Part shown: positions 59,615 through 64,000 of the stretch, in pieces
How positions within the stretch are numbered: the first letter of the stretch is position 1
Layout: each line of letters begins with the position of its first letter
Assembly (NCBI GenBank): GCA_963693365.1
Contig: CAVNZM010000015.1
Span: 4,161,502-4,225,501 of the forward strand
Origin: Amoebidium appalachense
Taxonomy: Eukaryota; Protista; Ichthyosporea
Reading direction: 5' to 3'
Length of the DNA stretch: 64,000 bases
The notes under the pieces: generated by a model
What the model was told of the DNA's origin: nothing
Databases searched by the model: none
The model's input: the letters and a program-made list of their open reading frames with translations, nothing else
Made by a program: the position numbers and the translations under genes

Positions 59615-60097
59615 ATGGGAGACGCACTTTTGCGCCCCGATTCGGTTGACCCCGAACGATGCCCTGCATTTGCACCCTCAAAAAAAGCCCAGTGCAAAAA
59701 CAAAAAGAAAACATGCCCACACCACAAGGACGGCTTCAAGCCCTGGGTATGCTTTGCCCCTGCCACCGGTGTCCTCCTCTACAGCGACAACACCATCAAC
59801 ATCCTCCACCCCCACAAGGCCGGGGACTATGCTCATGCAAACCTCCTGCTGGACGACCTCCTGGCCGCCTTTACAGTCGCAGAAATGCAGCGCCCTCGCA
59901 CCGAGCGCACCGGGGTACCCGCGCTGACTGTGTCCACTCCGGATCCACCCATGGGTGCACCACAGCCACCGGTTGCAGCTGCAGCGGTGGGTGTGGGCAG
60001 GGAAAATGGGTACTGCCAGGGCAAAACCAAGGCTGGCAATCCCTGCAAAAACAGGGTGAAATCTACGACCCATTGCCATAAGCACAAGCCCAAATAA
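59615..60097 (+). CDS. Small protein with two C-x-C-x-C-xx-H zinc-binding modules
   Basis: RCPAFAPSKKAQCKNKKKTCPHH and YCQGKTKAGNPCKNRVKSTTHCHKH (C.G.TK.G..C.N...C..H type seen in large DNA virus proteins); stop 6 bp before the right inverted repeat. Confidence 0.75.
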   Translation: MGDALLRPDSVDPERCPAFAPSKKAQCKNKKKTCPHHKDGFKPWVCFAPATGVLLYSDNTINILHPHKAGDYAHANLLLDDLLAAFTVAEMQRPRTERTGVPALTVSTPDPPMGAPQPPVAAAAVGVGRENGYCQGKTKAGNPCKNRVKSTTHCHKHKPK

Positions 60098-60103
60098 AAA
60101 AAC

Positions 60104-60625
60104 CACCCACACACCCACACGTGCCAACATACACTATCCTCCCCGTGAGTGGCATGCCAGTCTCCCCAGCCCCCCTGCCCCCCAGCCCCCCTGCCCCCCT
60201 GCCCCCCTGCCCCCCTGCTCCCCTGCTCCCCTGCCCCCCTGCTCCCCTGCCACATGCACACCCACACACTGGGTGCGCCCCCTGCTCCCCTGCCTCCCGG
60301 AACCAGGCCCCAGTGAGTGCTCACGTGCCTCCCCCTGCTCCCCTGCTCCCCTGCCTCCCGGAACCACGCCCCGGCGCAGTGGCAGCTATTTTTAGATATA
60401 GAGATTCCATGGCCACATGGCCAGATGGCCAGATCATTTTGCTCACCGTTTTATCCCGTTGTATCCACCTTTTTCCACACACTGAATTTGACCTGGCCAT
60501 CTGGCCATCTGGGTAGAGACCGTTTTCTGTTCTGATATTGGAGAACTGTCTGATAGTGATAGCAAATGTCATTCGAAGAACAATCGGGAAACCCCGTGGT
60601 GTGACAACCAATCAGAATGAAGCAA
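60104..60625 (-). repeat. Right long inverted repeat
   Basis: Reverse complement of 29969-30483. Confidence 0.95.
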
Positions 60626-60704
60626 CGTTCGAAGAATGTGATGCGAATTAATCCAATCAAGAGCTCTCCGCGCATAAGATTGTTTTGATTCTGGGGGGCG
60701 TGCA

Positions 60705-60734
60705 CCACGGCCCTCTGAAAAAAGAGGGCCGTGG
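60705..60734. other. Perfect 12-bp GC-rich stem-loop
   Basis: CCACGGCCCTCT-GAAAAA-AGAGGGCCGTGG, 80 bp outside the right inverted repeat. Confidence 0.85.
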
Positions 60735-60809
60735 GCGTGATCTCCGGGATGCATCGGCGCAGACTTATTTTTATCATTTGTCACATGATAGCTGCATTCA
60801 AGTACCTAC

Positions 60810-60969
60810 CAGTAATAAAGTCAGTGTATTATAATGACATGGACACGTGCACAGTAAAGAGGGTTACTGTAGCAGATGGCATAGATAGAAAAGCAAGCAT
60901 CAGTAATAAAGTCAGTGTATTATAATGACATGGACACGTGCACAGTAAAGAGGGTTACTGTAGCAGATG
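60810..60969. repeat. 69-bp direct repeat, period 91
   Basis: CAGTAATAAAGTCAGTGTATTATAATGAC... at 60810 and 60901. Confidence 0.9.
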
Positions 60970-63900
60970 CATCATAGATATATGAAAAGCAAGCATCTAT
61001 AGATATCCATCGCGGCCAGGATAATGCATGCACATGTCTGTGTGAACGTTTCCGCATCTTGTATAGTAAGTCTGGCGTCTACGTCATGATAGACTAGCCG
61101 GACATACTATGATGATATTAGGTCAGCCAGAGCGTCTAGACTGCCTAAAAAATAAAGTCCCCAGCCAGATCTCTAGAGGCTCGAACATGCATGGGTGCGT
61201 GCATCCAAGCGCTTACCCAGATCGGCCAGAAGGCATTGCCGCTGGGGGACAGCGACTGCTATATTTTATGACACCTATCCCATACCGCATATGGGGCCAG
61301 GCCTGCGCATATGCGCACGTACAGGTGTAGGCTCTCGTGTCAGTGATACGTACACCAGAAGGGAATTCGTAAACATTAGAGCTTTTACATAACCGGCGGA
61401 AAGGACTCGAGCTTACACACCTATGTACATACATTGACACGTGTATATTTGCAAGTGGTAAGTTGCAATTGGTCCTACTACTCACGAGCAACAACCTTTT
61501 TTGTATTCGAGAATCTCGGTTGTCCGTAGCGTAAATTGCCATTAATTATTACCGGCGGATGCCGGATGTGTGCCGTGCCGGTGGCAACCGCAGCCGTGAG
61601 CTACATTCCACCCAGGCGGCCTGAACTTCCATGAGATGCGGATATATCATGTACCTGTAGAGAGATAGACGGTCAGATATCCGTCACCTCTAGCGTCCGA
61701 TGATCAGCGAGATGGCCGACATCTGTAGATATCCGCTATATAGATACTCAAAAGGTACAGTACGGGGTTGCCTTCAGTTCGATCCATATACAAACTTCGT
61801 CCACTTACATGCATGGTGTATTTTGTTCTTCTCATGGTAGCAGGAATTTTAAACAAACAACAAAAGTTTGTTATGTAGGCTTTTCTACTAAATACTGTCA
61901 AGCTTGGGACGAGCTTGCTTCAGGTTAACCCGACAGATATGCCTGTAAAGAGATAGTTGTAGATATCCGTCATCTGTAACGAGATCAGCGAGATAACAAA
62001 CATCTGTAGATATCTTCGTGACGTGAGATCTCCAATGCCATCCCGGCGGCCGCTCTAACATAAAGACCGACCGATATCGATAGCCTAGCACGCTGCCTTT
62101 CAGTTCTGGACTCCCTCGATGTATGTACATATATGCATGTACATGCGTTCCATTATTCGGTATAGCAGCTTCACATCGTCTTGTTCTAGCTCAGTAGTAC
62201 ATTTATGAGTTCGAGACATGATATTCCTACTCTTTTTCAATTTTATTTAAGAGCAACTATTGCGAAAATTAAACCGCATGGCTTTTAGACATTTCGTTGA
62301 AAACTAAGACTAAGGTATGTGCACCTGTGGTTTACCAACGACATGCTATGTAGTACAACAGACAACAAATATATCTCAGGCACCCTGCAGATTTCACTTT
62401 CCTTCCTGTTTTTTTTTTTTTTTTTTTTTTTTTTTGCCCCCGAAAGTTTTTAAAGCAGAGCCTCGAACCCATAATATACTTGCTACAAGGGTTGTTCTTG
62501 TGGTACTAACCCATATCTACCGAAGAGTGCATGAATCCAAAAAGAAGAAATTCATCGATTGTGTTGCAAGCCTCAAACACTTGAATAGGTGACCGCCCTG
62601 TTGTTTTTCATCAGTTTTGTCGTTTGTTCTAGAAAAGGAAAAGCATGCCATTATGTCATATGTAAACACAGAACCTGGTAGGCTCCACACTGCAAGCTTC
62701 TCAACTTTCCAACTTTTCTCTCCATAGGTACCCACAGAAGACACGAAAGAACATTTCGCAGCTGGGGGCAACTACGTGCACGTGTGTTACCGTCTTCACC
62801 TGGCACAAAAATAGCGTACACCGGCTGCCGCAGCCACGGTAGTGCTTTTGTACCGGATACGGATTCTACATAGAGCCACATGCGGGTCCCAAAGTAGGAC
62901 ATTTTTTTTTTAAAGCCCTTACTGAATCTTGGCTACATGGTGCATACTAGAATTGCGATGCATCTTTATGGCATCACCAAATACGGATAAAATTCAGTGA
63001 CAACACAAAAGCAGGTGCAAACTAGAAATTGACACAGCTCAATTGCCAACCATACACCACAACCAGTTATTCTCAGGGCCACGTGTTTCACCACTACACA
63101 CAATAATACATCCCATCTCACTTCGCCACTTTTAGTAACACAACAGAATATGGAGGGTGTGGTATCACGCTCCCCATCCATGGGGACAATTAGGGCACTT
63201 AAACCCCCACACACTTCGAATTTGCAAGACAGGCTGCCCACCTACAGACGTGTGTCAACTTGGATGCGGCACAAACCATTTCGTTCATATGACGACGTCA
63301 CCAGTCTCGCAAGCGGTGTAAATTCCCGCCGAACGTCCGCAACCCCAAGCACTTTGTCGTCGGAGCTCATAAATACAGTGTCTTCGGATTCGATTTTCGG
63401 AAAAATTCAGGAGGGGGTCGAACAGGGCGAAATTCGGCAATCGAAATCGGGGAATTTTGGAAGTGGTTGTTGATTTATCCAAGCACACCCGAAGGACGGG
63501 AGGGAGGCCCCTTCTCCCAAAATGGAAACTTTTCACCGTTTCTGCTCTCGGATTCGCGATTGAGTTCATCTGGGGGGCAGGCGAGGCTTTAATCATCCCA
63601 TACCTCCTAGACCAAGGTTTGGCCATTGAAATTGCGGGTTTGGTGCTTATGACAACTCCCGCATTTTCAATTTTCCTGCTTCCCGCCTTGGGAATGTGGA
63701 GTGATCGGCTAAGGTGTCAGTGGGGCCTGCGACGACCGTTCATACTTATTCTCTCCATGGCCGGGTATGTCGAAAATTCGGGGTGGGGGGGGAGGGGAGG
63801 GGGGTCCAAGGAAGCAGGAGGGGGTGGAGGGGGGAGGGAGGTATATGGGGCCCTCGCAATGTCATTCAGTGGATTATCAAACTTATATGTTATAGCGGAG

Positions 63901-64000
63901 AAGCCCCCGAACCTAAACGAAAGGCTCTTTTTTATGATTTTTTTTTTCTTTGTGGGGGGGGTGGGGGTGGGGGTGGGGGTGGTTGGGCAGGTGGGTGGGT

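Noticed and set aside
62500-63770. Possible minus-strand host gene
   Set aside because: Complex sequence, but I could not build a stop-free, phase-consistent model or recognise a domain.

Overview
Eukaryotic nuclear DNA, intron-rich and full of microsatellites and homopolymers; almost all listed ORFs over (CA)n/(GA)n/G-runs are artefacts. It is probably from a unicellular holozoan such as an ichthyosporean (inference). Left half: an apparently intact APE-RT non-LTR retrotransposon (to ~3.7 kb), a 3-exon ubiquitin-eS31 (RPS27A) gene with an intronic C/D snoRNA, and a ~16 kb minus-strand gene whose small exons splice into a bHLH-PAS-A-PAS-B transcription factor. Right half: a ~30.6 kb segment (29969-60625) bounded by near-identical ~515 bp inverted repeats and abutting a 540 bp GC-rich palindrome whose apex occurs in two reverse-complement forms. 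This segment contains an ~8 kb mitochondrial block (intact nad5 in TGA=Trp code, two group I introns, intact LAGLIDADG ORF, inverted end motifs), compact virus-like genes (C2H2 array, CoiA-like and PD-(D/E)XK nucleases, Cys-rich membrane protein, CCCH protein), an orphan gene between inverted 50-bp arrays, and a 7-exon KDM4-like JmjC demethylase with an intact catalytic set. No transposase, integrase, polymerase or capsid was recognised in it. All family assignments are by-eye motif recognition; no searches were run.
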